61,177 nt of DNA from positions 1 to 61,177 of the forward strand of contig UYFQ01000115.1 in NCBI GenBank assembly GCA_900617105.1. The letters are read 5' to 3'. A model generated the notes under the pieces. It was given only the letters and a program-made list of their open reading frames with translations. It had not been told where the DNA came from and ran no database searches. Made by a program: the position numbers and the translations under genes. The stretch comes from Hydrurus foetidus (Eukaryota). Below, piece after piece: positions 36,743 to 48,340 of the stretch. Within the stretch, counting starts at the first letter, position 1. The number at the start of each line of letters is the position of its first letter.

Positions 36743-37428
36743 ATGACAGACACAGTCCCGTTCATTACACTCACGAAAGAAAACTTTGCCGAATTCCAAC
36801 GGCAAGTCTATGACTATGCGTCAAACATTTGTCTAGACAACGGTTTTCTAACTCATCGGCATGGGCTGCTCTCCTTCGTAGTCACAACCGAAATATGGCA
36901 AAATTTGCCTGGAAACGGAGTTCCAGATGACGCAGTGCCGCCCAATATTATTTTTCGCCCACGAGACATTCTCACTCCTCCTGAAATTCCTGCCGAAAAT
37001 GCCAATGCTTGGCGAGTTTTTGATTACAGAACAAAGGAATTTGACAAAGTAGCAGTCGCAGTCCTCCTGCTTACAAAACGCCTGAAGGACGCTTTACCAG
37101 CATCTGATCGCAATGAGCTTTCGGATCCAATATTGGGTATGGGCCAATTAACCGCATTACAACTTATGACCCATTTACGCACACAATACGGTACATTAAC
37201 ATCTGAAGACTACAAAGACCTGCACGCACAGCTGACACACAAGCTGGACTCTGCAACCAATTTCACTGGCTTTGCTGCCGACCAACGGTTCATTTTCGAA
37301 CAATTAGCTGCTTACGGGCAGCCAATCCCTGAACTTCAGAAATGCGATTTTCTACGCAGTGGAACCTGCCATCTATTCCCGGTGCAAAAAGCTATCGAAT
37401 CTTACCTTACCGCTCATCCGCACACGGC
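36743..37428 (+). pseudogene. copia F gag, 5' part
   Basis: ORF 36713-37438 interrupted by the LTR at 37429; LMTHLRTQYGTLT gag-like motif. Confidence 0.85.
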
Positions 37429-37701
37429 TGTAGCCTAGCACGTACGTTCACCGTACACTTTATATACGTTTGTATATATTCACGTATGTATATAATTCAC
37501 GCACCCATAGTCTATTTTCATCCACATCAACTGTCCACCGGTAACGGACGCTCATCAGCATCAGCACCCTTGTAGCCTATCGTTTGTGTCTGTTGTTAGC
37601 TGCTTGCTCGCTTCTTTCACAAACTGTAACTAACCTAACAGTTTACTCCAGCATACCGTCTTTACCCGGATTCTTCGTACTCGAATCCGGCCGCGACTAC
37701 A
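37429..37701 (+). repeat. 5' LTR of gypsy D
   Basis: TGTAGCC...GACTACA, repeated at 43335-43607. Confidence 0.96.
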
Positions 37702-37801
37702 ATATTAATATTGAGAGTTGTTAGACGAACTCTCGTTACTGGAGAGCTAGATAGATTTTCAACCGCCGACATCCGACGACCATCTGGCACTGATCACCAG
37801 T

Positions 37802-40800
37802 ATGGTTTCCAGCAACCGACGAAGACTTTCCAGGGTATCGGCCGTTTCGACGGCTCCCCTGTCGATTTCACAGGAAGCGCCATCAACTGACGCTGTCGAC
37901 GAAATCGTCGCCAACAGCCAGGACGCTAGCACAACGGGAGATTCCGACTCGGCGAATCCTCCCTCGCTTCCAGATCCATCTGTTGCTGCGACTGATGTCG
38001 CAGCCCATCTATCTATCGCCTCTAACCCCTTCTCGAATTTGGCCCCCGGCGTGGGAGGGGGAAACCCCTTGCAAAATTTTTTGCAGCCATCTTCCGCTCC
38101 ATCTGGAGCTTTTACAGCGGATCTAGCGATATCCCAAGCGGGGGAAGTCTCTGTTGAACATCAACAACTTCCCCAGCGAGTGGATGGAGTATTTTTGGAG
38201 CCGGCGCCTTCGCCACCAGCACCATCACCATCATCATCCACGATGATAGCCGCCACCGCCGACATCACCGCCATCACCGCCATCGCCGCCACCGACATCA
38301 CGCTACTACCTGTCATTGTGCGTGATGTTTTGCCTGCTTTGCCTGTGCTGCCTGTGTTATCTGCCGCAGTTTTGCCTGCAAACCCGGTGCAAACCGATTC
38401 CCTGTTGCCCACTTCCGACAGCAATGTCATGAACAGTAATGTTCAGAGTGTGGCAACTTTTGCTACCGTTGGTGGTGTTACTACCGATGTTGTTGTTTCA
38501 AACCTTGCTGCACGCTATCTATTACCTCATGAAAAGGTTAGAAAGCTCAGCAAGGTTCCAACTCATCTGGAAGTTTTAAGCATCACCAACGACCTTCGCA
38601 AGAATGGTTGCCCCTATACGTTTCTTGACGTGGTACCATTAGACGTCGAGCAATCTCTTGTAACACTCCTGCAAAGGCAGTATTGCACTGAGAGAGCAAT
38701 TCGCGACGAGTGCGAAGAGTGGAAGTCATGGACTACCGAGAGATTCTGCAAAGAACTCCTCAAGGCAGTACCTGATGAGTCCATCGATACACCTTTGGGT
38801 CAGGCATCGTTCCTCGAGCAAGTCTCATCGTTCAATTTCAGATTTGATTTGAACAACATTGAGACTGACTCCTGTAACGATACTGCCCTTGGTGCATTGG
38901 TAGCAAATTTCCCCAGCACTACTGCTGAGGAACAGCTTAAGGCTGTTAAGATTCTAGAGCGTCAGTTGCCTACCCACCCCGTCAATTGGCAGCTCATCTT
39001 ACGCCGCAAGGTGAACGGTGAGACTGTTCCAATCAACGATTTGAAAGATTTTCGATTCGTTTGGTGGACGCAACTGACTACTCTCAGAAACTCAGCTAAC
39101 GAGCTTCGGGCTGCTGGTTATGAGGTTACTCCAGGCCCAGCTACGCGTTCTAAAGATAAGCCTATCTCCAAACGCGCTGCTGAGCCTGATGAGGACACCA
39201 TCAAACCACGTGCTAAGTCCGCGAAGACTGCAAAGTCTTCGAATCCCTCAACCACTCGCACCGTACAGGTCTGTGTTGGTTGTGGAAGATCTAATCACAC
39301 TATCTCTGTGTGTAGATTTACTGCATCACCCTACTTCAATTCTTCTGACAGTGCATATGCTGATAGCAATGCATTTAAGAAACTGAAAAAGGATTACCCT
39401 GATGCATTGGTTGCAAGAGGAGCGTACGTGCCTACCACCTCCTCTTCTTCCTCTTCTTCTACTGCTACCGCGTCAGCCTCGGCTGTACCGGAGGGTCCGT
39501 CTAAGCCGGTCACTAAGCAAAAGAGCTTAAAGAAGACAAGTAAGTTATCATCAACTATTAGTTTCACTGATGTTGTTATTCCTTCTTCCATATTGGGAGC
39601 TCTTACGAACCTTTCGTCAGCCGACTTTCTAACTGCTACTGTCACCTATGTGTCACAGCCCAGCCAGCCAAGAAATGAAGTCCAAGTGCTGATCGATACG
39701 GGATCGCTCGCCGGCAATTTTGTTGCCATGCGTGTAATTAAGAATTTTCATTTAGAAGAATTTATTATTTTCGACAAGACACTGACTGTTTGTTCAGCCT
39801 TAGATGGAAAATGTTATAACATTTCTAAGTCTATAAATTTGAAAATGACTTACTTTTCTGAACGTTTAAATAAAAATACTTTTTTAAATTTCAAAGCAAT
39901 TATTTTAAACAAGTCTTCAGTCGATGTTGTGATCGGACGAGTGACAATTCGGGAATCACAAATATTCTTCGAGTTGCCTAGTCAATTAGCATCGACTAAT
40001 ATAGTGCACAGGGCAGCGACCTCAGTAACACCCCAAAGGGTTATTGTATCAGGTCTACTAGCTTCTCTCGTCATTCAATCCGAGAATACATCTCAACTGG
40101 CTATGCCAGATGATGATGAAATCGGTGAACATGAGGCTAGTACCTTTTCACCTTGGTTACCGGATACCAATCCGGAACCGGTTGACCCAGTATCCCTGAT
40201 TAACATATCGGGTACTCCTGAACTTCAGGAGTTGATTAGACTACTCTGTATTGAATACAGAGATATCTTTTCAAATACACTTTCATCTCAGCCTGCTTCT
40301 ATTCCTCCTTTTGATCTGGTTGTTCAGGACCCTAAGTGGCGTGTCTCTAAAATAGACAACCACCTAGACCTCAATCAGCAGCCAATCAGAAGGAGATTAC
40401 TAGACAATTAAATATCCTCATTGAGCAGGGTATTATTGAGAAATCCACGGCGGCTTATTATAGCCAAGGATTTTTAGTAACTAAGGCTGACGGATCTAAA
40501 AGATTCGTTATAGATTACCGTAACTTGAACGAATGTACGGAACATGCCTCTTGGCCCGTACCGAACATAACGGAAATGTTACAGAGAATCGGTTCTCAGA
40601 AACCGACGATCTTTGGCACGGTGGATTTTGCTCAAGCATACCATCAAGCCGCATTAACACTCGCTACTAAAAAATATACTTCGTTTATATTATATAGTGG
40701 TGTCTATCAGTTTACTAGACTACCTTTTGGTCTAAAGCAAGCACCTTCTTATTTTCAAGAGATGATTGCTACTGAAGTGTTAAATACGTTACTTTATAGA

Positions 40801-43003
40801 ATTTTAGAAATTTATATCGATGACGTTAACATTTTTGGAAACAGTCCTGACAACTTTGTTGCACGACTGCGAGAATTCTTTTCTCGCGTTCGTCTCCATA
40901 AAATGATCCTTAAACCATCCAAATGTTATCTTGGCTATGCCGATTTAAAATTTGTTGGTAAGGTTATATCACAAGAGGGACTTAGAATGTCCCAGAGTAA
41001 AATCCAATTAGTTTTGGATTTTCCTTGTCCTACTGTATCCAAACAACTTAAAAGTTTTCTTGGATTGGTAAACTATTTCCGTGATTTCATCAGAAATCAG
41101 TCTACGATAGTAAGACCGTTACATGCGTTACTTACAAATTATCAAAGAACAAAACGGATAGTATGGACACCAGAAGCAACTTCTGCTTTTAATGAAATAA
41201 AGGAACAAGTATCGAAATGTACTACCATTCATTTCATTAGTGATACTGCACCAATCACGTTGCACACTGATGCATCTGATTATGGTATCGGTGGTTACCT
41301 CTTCCAGACTATTGATGGAAAGGACTATCCGGTTGCATTTGTAAGCAAATCTCTTTCTGGGTCTCAACTTCGTTGGTCCACTATTCAAAAGGAAGCTTAT
41401 GCAATTTACTATTCTTGTATTTTTCTACAATCACTTTTACGTGATAGATTATTTACAATTCGAACGGATCATAGAAATCTGTTATACATATATAACAATT
41501 CTAATCCAATGATTGTTCGGTGGTATGTAGCACTCTCAGAGTATACATATAAAATTGAATTTATTAAAGGTGTTGATAATGATATCGCCGACTCTATGTC
41601 TCGACTATGTCGTAACAATATGATCGACTCACCTAAGGAATACTCTGCAGATATGATTCTTGCAGCAGCTATTATTCCGAAAATTCAACTCACCGATATG
41701 CAATACAATGCTATATCATCAGTTCACAATTCTATGGTTGGTCATTTTGGACTAGCCAGAACTATGAAACGATTAAAAGCAAATCAACATAAGTGGGAAT
41801 TCATGGAAAATCATGTTAGATATTTCATTGACTTTTGCCCACAATGTCAAAAGATGAGTATGATTAAAATACCTATTCATGCTCATCCTTTTACGACTTC
41901 GTCGTATTACCCTATGGAATGTTTAAACATCGACTTTGTCGGTCCATTTCCTGACGGAGGACATATCCTCGTTATCATTGATACATTCACTCGTTGGACT
42001 GAATTGTATCATACTACTGATTCAACTGCACTATCCGCCGCCCAATGTCTAATACAACATTTTGGTCGTTTCGGAGCACCTCATCAGTTAAGATCAGATA
42101 ACGGTCCCCACTTTATTGCTGACGTAATACGTGAGTTTTATCGTTTGTTGGTACTCGACACTGTTTAACATTAGCTTACTCTAAGGAGGAAAATGCTATT
42201 GTTGAACGTATGAACAAAGAGATTAACCGTCACATCCGATCACTCACATACGACAACACTTCATTAGAAGATTACAAATTAGCTTTACCTTTCGTTATGA
42301 GAATAATTAATTCAAATCATAGTGATCGTTTAAAGATATCTTCTGCACAATTACTGTTTGGTAACTGTGTTAATCTTGATCGTGGTATGTTCCGTCCAAT
42401 TGACGAAGTTCCTCCTTCAAAGAAATCTATGTCAGTCTATATGAGTAACCTTCTCAAGACACAAGATAGTCTTAGAAAAGCAGCTGCTAAAGAGCTTCTT
42501 CGCACTGACTTACTTCATATGACACATAAAAACAATTACAACATACGGATTTCCAACCCGGAACGTATGTATTGGTACATTACCGTACAGGTCACCCGCC
42601 TACACGTCTTCATACGTTCTGGCGTGGTCCTATGAGAGTTATTTCCGGATCAAACTCAAGGTTTACCCTTTATGATCTTATCTCTCATGTCGAAAAAGAA
42701 TATCATGTTTCAGATATGAAACCTTTTCTTTTTGATCCACTACGTGTTGAACCATTAGACGTTGCTCGTCATGATTATATGGAATTTTATATTGAGAATA
42801 TCCTTGAACATCGTGGTGACTTACAACGCAAAACTTCGTTAGAATTCCTTGTCAAATGGTTAGGTTATGCCGATGAACACAATTCATGGACATCCTATGC
42901 CAATCTTCGTGATACCGAAAAATTACACGAATACTTGACATCTAACAATCTTCAACGTTTAATACCTAGAAAGTTTACGAACGTTGTAGATACAAATATA
43001 TAA
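37802..43003 (+). CDS. gag-pol of gypsy D (single-base frame breaks near 40350, 42135, 42530)
   Basis: CVGCGRSNHTISVC, LIDTGSLAGN, YIDD, TDASDYGIG, IDFVGP, SDNGPHF, FLVKWLGY..NSW chromodomain. Confidence 0.93.
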
Positions 43004-43334
43004 TACTAAACAATATCCATGATGGATTTCAACCCTATTTTTGTTTGTTGTCGGTCAACATTCTTTTTGGGAGTTTTTAGTCAGTAAGAGTCTGACATAA
43101 TTGTTTAGATATTATACCCCGACTCTAAGGAGTGCCGCCGATGAAAATCGTGTCGACAACATTTTGATTTTCATATCCACACATACTACCAAATCTTTGA
43201 CGATAGATAGGCGTATGGGATCCCTGAATAATTTGAAGTGGCACCTTTTTCAAATGAGCTATACGTTACCACATGTATTTCCACTCATATTCATTTTCTT
43301 TCACTTAACTTAAATTTTAAGGAGGAAGGAGTAG

Positions 43335-43607
43335 TGTAGCCTAGCACGTACGTTCACCGTACACTTTATATACGTTTGTATATATTCACGTATGTATATA
43401 ATTCACGCACCCATAGTCTATTTTCATCCACATCAACTGTCCACCGGTAACGGACGCTCATCAGCATCAGCACCCTTGTAGCCTATCGTTTGTGTCTGTT
43501 GTTAGCTGCTTGCTCGCTTCTTTCACAAACTGTAACTAACCTAACAGTTTACTCCAGCATACCGTCTTTACCCGGATTCTTCGTACTCGAATCCGGCCGC
43601 GACTACA
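43335..43607 (+). repeat. 3' LTR of gypsy D
   Basis: 273-bp copy of 37429-37701. Confidence 0.96.
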
Positions 43608-43611
43608 CGGC

Positions 43612-45660
43612 CAACCAAACTTTCCACAATTTGGTTACCCACATTACCCTTCATTCCCCGAACTTCTCCCAGTCCGCTGGAGACATGGGATACACTGCTG
43701 CAGCAACCCACATTACTCCAAGTTCAAACTCTGAAATCTCTTCTACGGTTGCAACACTTCTACTGTCGCCTACTTTCCTTACTGCGCTGGCAACAGCTGC
43801 CGCTGCGGCAGCCATCTCTCCTCCACCTCGGTCTCCACGCCCGCCCCGGGCAAACCGCGGAGGTCAACACAAAGCATCCAACCCACCCACAACAGACTCA
43901 CCACGTTCCTACTGTTACGCCCATGGATACGATGGTCACTCAAGTGCGGCTTGTTACAAAATGCGCTATGGCTCTCTCGCCAAAAACTACTCCGACGATG
44001 CACGTTTGGCGACCAATCACACCTCAGTCTCTGGCGGATCAACTTTGCGCTTGTGACAGCTAGGCTTGAGAAGTGATGTGCCTTATGCTACTGTAACTAA
44101 CACAGTCGATTGCAATCCCCCACATCTTTCTTTCGCCTCTTCAGCACCCAAGCTCGCATGCAGCGACACAGGATCCACAAATATCTTAGTACGACAATCT
44201 GATGCCTCGGCTGTCATCATTGATTCACACCTACAACCTATTTCAGTAACGCTTCCGAACGGCTCCACCATTAGCTCAAGCTGCAGTGGGACGTTGCTTT
44301 TTCCAAATCTTCCGTACCCTATAAAAGCATACATTTTCCCCGACAGAGTCCTCCATACTTCGCTATTAAGTGTCAGTGAACTTTGTAACGTCGGATGCCT
44401 TGCCACTTTCACAGACACGACATTTCACGTTACATACAACAATTCAACAGTCTTACACGGCGTTAAAGCAACGACCGACACACTATGGACGGCTCAATTA
44501 CCAACACATGTCGCAGCTGTTTCTACGCACGTTGCTTCATCTCACGCGGCGCGCCTTACTACAGACGCTGAGTTTGTATTGTTCGTGCACGCTTCTCTAG
44601 GCAGTCCGGTTTACTCTACCTTTTTGCGCGCCATTCGAGCAGGATACTTATCATCATGGCCTCGACTCACCACCTCAATTGTTTTAGCCCATCCCCCACA
44701 CACTATCGCCACAGCCAAAGGCCACCTTAACCAACTGCGGCAAGGTTTGGACTCTACCAAAACAAACTCAGTCTCTTCAAAAGTTGATGAAGATAATAGT
44801 CCCGAGTTACCTCTTACAGCTGAGTCTGCTAATCATGCGTACGTCAAACTGGTCCGCCTCCCACACACCGTCAGCTCCGATTTAACTGGAAAGTTTCCTG
44901 TTCAGGCTGACAGTGGCGCACAGTACATTCTCATTTCGGAAATGGACGGATATATTCATGCCGAACCGTTAGCGTCTCGCCATCACACAGCTTACATCTC
45001 AAGCTTCACCCGTACAATTGCTTTCTTCACCGCCCTAGGACGTATCCCCTTCTTCCTACGACTAGATAACGAAACTTCTGCACCACTCGATGCATTCATG
45101 AAGCGGCAGAGTATCAAAATACAATACTGTCCGCCAGGCATGCATCGATCAAATAGAGCAGAAAGGAGCATACAAACATTCAAAAATCATGCAATAGCAA
45201 CACTTTGTACGACCTCAAAAGAATTTCCCCTCACGCTGTGGGATCGTCTACTACCTCAAATCGAACTATGCCTAAATCACCTACACCCGTACAAACCTAA
45301 TCCTACAATTTCCGCTTACGCCGGTTTGCACGGCTGAGCTCATGACTTTCGAGCCAACCCAATCGAACCAGCTGGTGCCAGAATTCTCATACACGACAAC
45401 CCAGCAGTCGTGGATCGTGGGCCCCGCATGGAGTTGCTGGTTTTTAACTTGGTCCTGCTCTCAAACACTACAGATGCTTCACAGTGTGGTCATCATCAAC
45501 AAATGCAGTGCGCATCACTGACACACTCGCCTGGTTCCTCGACAATCTACAGCTCCCGGATCCCTCTGTTCATGATCTACTTATTGCCGCTATCCATGAT
45601 CTCACCACCACCCTCCAAACCATCACAAGCACTCACCCCGCTTTCCATCACTCACTGGAT
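43612..45660 (+). pseudogene. copia F gag 3' part, protease and integrase
   Basis: gag ends at TGA 44054-44056; pol continues in frame to 45337, followed by a further in-frame stop and frameshifts. Confidence 0.87.
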
Positions 45661-47452
45661 CAACAACAGTATACTCAGAGGTGGGCAAGAATTGAAAAGA
45701 TTGCTGATACTGTCGCCTACCTCTTTATTTTTACCGTTTGAGTGTAGACTCCCGCCATAGCCGATTTATTCGCCGCTGGTGAGTATATACTCGTTTACAA
45801 CCCAACATTATTCAAATTACAACAACAATATCATTTCTGCTTCGCTGCAAATTCTGAGTAGCAGAGATTTTGAGATTTGTTCGTGACTACCATCTGCCGC
45901 TGTGCCGTGGACGAAAACGTCCATTTAATCTTCAAATTGCTGCTGCAAAGAACGGCTTCATTTGAGAGAGTGATAGGTGAGATTACCAATTTCATAACAT
46001 CCTCAACAGCGATGATCCTCATCGATCTATTTTCTTCGAAATATTTGTTGGAACTTTATGAATATGCCGAGAGGGACAGAAGTTCAGCAGTTGTCGAATT
46101 CAAATTAACTTTTTGCTGAATCTCATCTACATCCAGGAATAATGCAGGTATACAGTTTCGGTTGCGAAGCTACTGGGCTCTTTGCATTGGATGCAGGGAT
46201 TAAAGTCAGGAGAGGATCTGTCTGCAGATTGAGGAGGAATCCTGACAACCTTTATGGTCGGGAACCCTTCGCCGTTTCTTAATACTGATGATATTGACTT
46301 CCTGCATTATTAATTTCAAACCTGTTATGATATGCACCATTTTTCATTCCTGTTTGATTCCAAAGTAGATGATCCTCACCGGCATGAGGCGAAGCTCTAG
46401 CATTTTTTTTTCTATTCATTTCTAGCAGGTGTTGATGAATGGAAGGCAGAAATCATGCCACCCATCTCATGGGTGCTGGCGGTGAATTAAATGCGCACCA
46501 TTTGATTTGATTGCTATACATTACTTAGCAATTTAATAAGCTGGTTGACTTCCTTATTTTCTGTCAATGTAAACTGAAATTTTACCTATCACCCAATACG
46601 CTTTTTCCCTTTCTCTCTCGACCACTTCGGGGCAGAGTCAACATTTCTGGGTATTTCATGGTTGGCGCCACTTCAGCCGACTCCCCGCTTCAATCCTTGA
46701 CTTGGAGTGGACTTTTATAGTGTATCCCAAAAATGAATAGCTCGCGGATAGAGATGTTGCTTAAGAAATTACTAAAATAAGCATGCAGCGCATATTTAGC
46801 GCGAAAATTTGCAAAGTTGGAATGGTTCACGCCCACATCATCTTTAGCTGGAGCAGACGAAAGATGATTGGGGTAAGTAAAGCTCAATAAGAATCATTGA
46901 TCGTATCAGGAGCGCTAAATTAGCTACGCGAAGGTGTCATTTGCAACTACAATGTGCAGCAGTTTTGAGAAAACCTAAAAAAATGTCTTGGGTAGACCAA
47001 AGTTGTCGCTCTAGCTGGAATCTATTTCAAACAACATATAAAAATCAGTTGCGCTTGGTCTCCTGAAAATTGCAGAAGAATGGTTAGTGGAATTCAGTCG
47101 CAGAACGCGATTTTGAGAGGCCGACGTTATGTCAGAGGATTATCATGAATTTTCGATAAATCAAAAAATTGCCATGCGTGCATGGAGAACACATCAATCT
47201 GCTTCGATTGAACCATGAACTTCCCGCAGGTATGGTCAATTGAGAGATGTCTTGCTAGAAGAAGGCAAGATTGAGGTATCACTGATAGGTATAGGACCCT
47301 GGACCTGTTTGAGGCCAATGTCGCCCATAAAAATAAATAAAGAGGTCGGCGACGGTATAGATTATAGGTATAGATCAACTCCCTCTTTTTTTGAGAACTG
47401 ACGGACTATAGACAACAGACCATAGACCAGAGATTTCAGATACCACATCATA

Positions 47453-48340
47453 TTACCAAAGCAGAATAAAATGTCCCCTTTCCTTTGAAAAACTCAGATG
47501 GAGTGATGATAAATCGATCACCCCACACGGCCCCACACCATACTAAAAAATTCAAAAACCGAGGAACGTTCGCCATTTTTTGCATTTTTATTTTTTAGTA
47601 TGGTGTGGGGCCGTGTGGGGTGCTTATTATCATCACTCCATTTGAGTTTTTTCCCACCGAAAAGTGGACACTTTATTCCCGCGTAGGGGAATATGCAAAT
47701 GGCCCCAAATATATATAGGCAATATGCACTTTTCCGGTGGGTGTGCATATATATGCAATATATGCAGCACGTACGCGACGTACAGATCATTCTTAATGGA
47801 AATAGTCGTTAATATTAACATTAAGCTTGAAAAATAAGAACATGAAAAATAGCCATGCATTTTGAGATTCTTTGTGTGCTGTAGGCACTTTCGAAATGTG
47901 TATCGTATTTTATCCTGTAAAACGGTTGCGGCATAGTTTGCATTCGTACTTTTTATTTCCTCCGAGTTGTTGAATGACCCATACATACCGGACAACAGGC
48001 TCTGTTGGTTGAATTATACCAGTAGCAACATCATGAGGAGGGACAAGGTGCACGGGTCTTTCAGCTACCGCACTAGCACTTTCTTGTCCTGCGCTCGAAA
48101 AAGCACTCATAATCGTATGTGACTATACGCTAAATGCAATTAGTTGTGTAAGTGACTGATAGTTCAGAAATCAAGTAACATGGTCCCTCAATAGCCATGT
48201 CTAGAAATACCCCTAAAGTACCAGTGTTTTGTATATGTGGAAGGTCCTGCCTATATAAGCGCATATATAGGCTTAATTTGCTCTTGCATATATATGCGCT
48301 TATGCATATGCCCCTACGCAGCTTTATTCTGCTCTGGTAA
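47453..48340. mobile_element. TA-flanked palindromic MITE (TIR TTACCAGAGCAGAATAAA), itself interrupted
   Basis: ~60-bp outer inverted arms plus inner arms CACCCCACACGGCCCCACACCATACTAAAAAAT (47519-47622); related short copy at 52763-52853. Confidence 0.8.
47679..48321 (-). mobile_element. Non-autonomous hAT-type element with BED zinc-finger remnant
   Basis: TIR CYGCGTAGGGG.ATATGCA; 8-bp TSD CTTTATTC (47671-47678 / 48322-48329); ORF 47910-48110 contains VW...YECKLCRNRFTG. Confidence 0.82.

Larger units (their letters stand above)
37429..43607 (+). mobile_element. Ty3/gypsy chromovirus-like LTR retrotransposon D (family 2), full length
   Basis: Apparently identical 273-bp LTRs 37429-37701 and 43335-43607; 4-bp TSD CGGC; PPT AAGGAGGAAGGAGTAG before the 3' LTR. 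Confidence 0.97.
36743..45660 (+). mobile_element. Truncated Ty1/copia element F (gag-PR-INT; no RT/RH or 3' LTR seen), split by gypsy D
   Basis: gag rejoins in frame across D (HPHTA|NQTF); CYAHGYDGHSSAAC knuckle; CSDTGST protease; DLTGKFP, RLDNETS, NRAERSIQTFKNH integrase motifs resembling diatom CoDi-type copia. Boundaries approximate. Confidence 0.88.

Noticed and set aside
40340..42540. Frameshifts in D (and many in A, C, E) as programmed frameshifting or real decay
   Set aside because: They fall mostly in homopolymer runs at non-conserved positions within enzymatic domains, even in elements with identical LTRs; long-read indel error is the simpler explanation until reads are checked.
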